A stretch of DNA of 64,000 bases from a virus (lineage: Duplodnaviria > Caudoviricetes): IMG/VR virus record IMGVR_UViG_3300022074_005559; one strand, 5' to 3'. The notes beneath the pieces were generated by a model. That model was given only the letters and a program-made list of their open reading frames with translations, did no database searches and had not been told where the DNA came from. Below, in pieces: positions 63,586 to 64,000 of this stretch. Positions within the stretch are counted from its first letter, which is position 1; every line of letters starts with the position of its first letter. The position numbers and the translations under genes were made by a program.

Positions 63586-64000
63586 GCCTGTTCTAGAAAA
63601 TAAGTTCTGGATTGTAGAAAACGATGGTCAAAAAGTTGGCACTATTCGCAGTAGTGATCAAGGTATTGTATTGCAAGTAGGAGATGTAAACAAAACATTC
63701 AGTTGCATCAAAGACCTTGTCAATGTAACATTTGAAGGCAAGAATGCAGAAAAGACTGAGAAGCAAGAGCACGAAGTACACGGGTATCCTTGCAAAACAA
63801 CACCATACAATCCAATCTATGACCTCAAACGCAAACTTCCTATCTACACAAAAACACAAAACAGCCAAAGTTTTTTCTGTGCTGGTTACTATGTAGTGCA
63901 TTGGGAAGATGGAAGTCATAGCCCAAGTTACTGTCCTAAGTTGATTACACTGAGTAGATATGATTTTGATGGACCTTTCAAAACAAAACTTGAAATGCAA
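63569..64000 (+). CDS. Hypothetical phage protein, truncated by window end
   Basis: Open frame MQFVAKPVLENKFWIVE..FCAGYYVV..CPKLITL to end of window. Confidence 0.6.
   Translation, partial: MQFVAKPVLENKFWIVENDGQKVGTIRSSDQGIVLQVGDVNKTFSCIKDLVNVTFEGKNAEKTEKQEHEVHGYPCKTTPYNPIYDLKRKLPIYTKTQNSQSFFCAGYYVVHWEDGSHSPSYCPKLITLSRYDFDGPFKTKLEMQ

Noticed and set aside
1-64000. Stop-codon reassignment, common in some jumbo phages
   Set aside because: Conserved genes (PolB, ClpA, TctA, FolE) are full length under code 11; TAA, TAG and TGA all end genes at sensible positions; no suppressor tRNA is seen
1-64000. CRISPR array, rRNA, integrase or IS element
   Set aside because: No regularly spaced direct repeats, rRNA-like segments, transposase or recombinase motifs were seen by eye; short repeats could have been missed without computation
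1-64000. Bacterial chromosome or eukaryotic giant virus origin
   Set aside because: T4-like PolB/clamp/RNase H, endolysin with spanins, SD-led coupled genes and late TATAAATA promoters indicate a tailed bacteriophage

Overview
This window is a 64 kb segment of a large lytic tailed (jumbo-type) bacteriophage genome, about 40% GC by eye, densely coding and almost entirely on the + strand. Two-component spanins and outer-membrane/periplasmic proteins point to a Gram-negative host, possibly an alphaproteobacterium. In order it carries: the end of a clamp-loader gene; three tRNAs (Trp, Glu, Arg); PhoH; a TctA/TctC transporter cassette; a lysis cassette (GH108 endolysin, holin candidates, Rz/Rz1 spanins); DnaJ and ClpA; an ~11 kb block of probable capsid-internal, protease-processed multi-module proteins; family B DNA polymerase and sliding clamp; a ~21 kb base/sugar modification block; and an RNase H-like 5'-3' exonuclease. 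The modification block holds a DpdA/TGT-like transglycosylase, FolE, QueD, QueE and a DpdL-like QueD paralogue, but no QueC in this window. It also holds a GT4 glycosyltransferase resembling queuosine mannosyltransferase, sugar/cyclitol oxidoreductases, an aminotransferase, an amidinotransferase, a GHMP kinase, a purine permease and a phosphoribosyltransferase. The strongest candidate for an undescribed system is glycosylated or otherwise hypermodified 7-deazaguanine DNA. All family assignments come from motif recognition by eye; no database searches were run.
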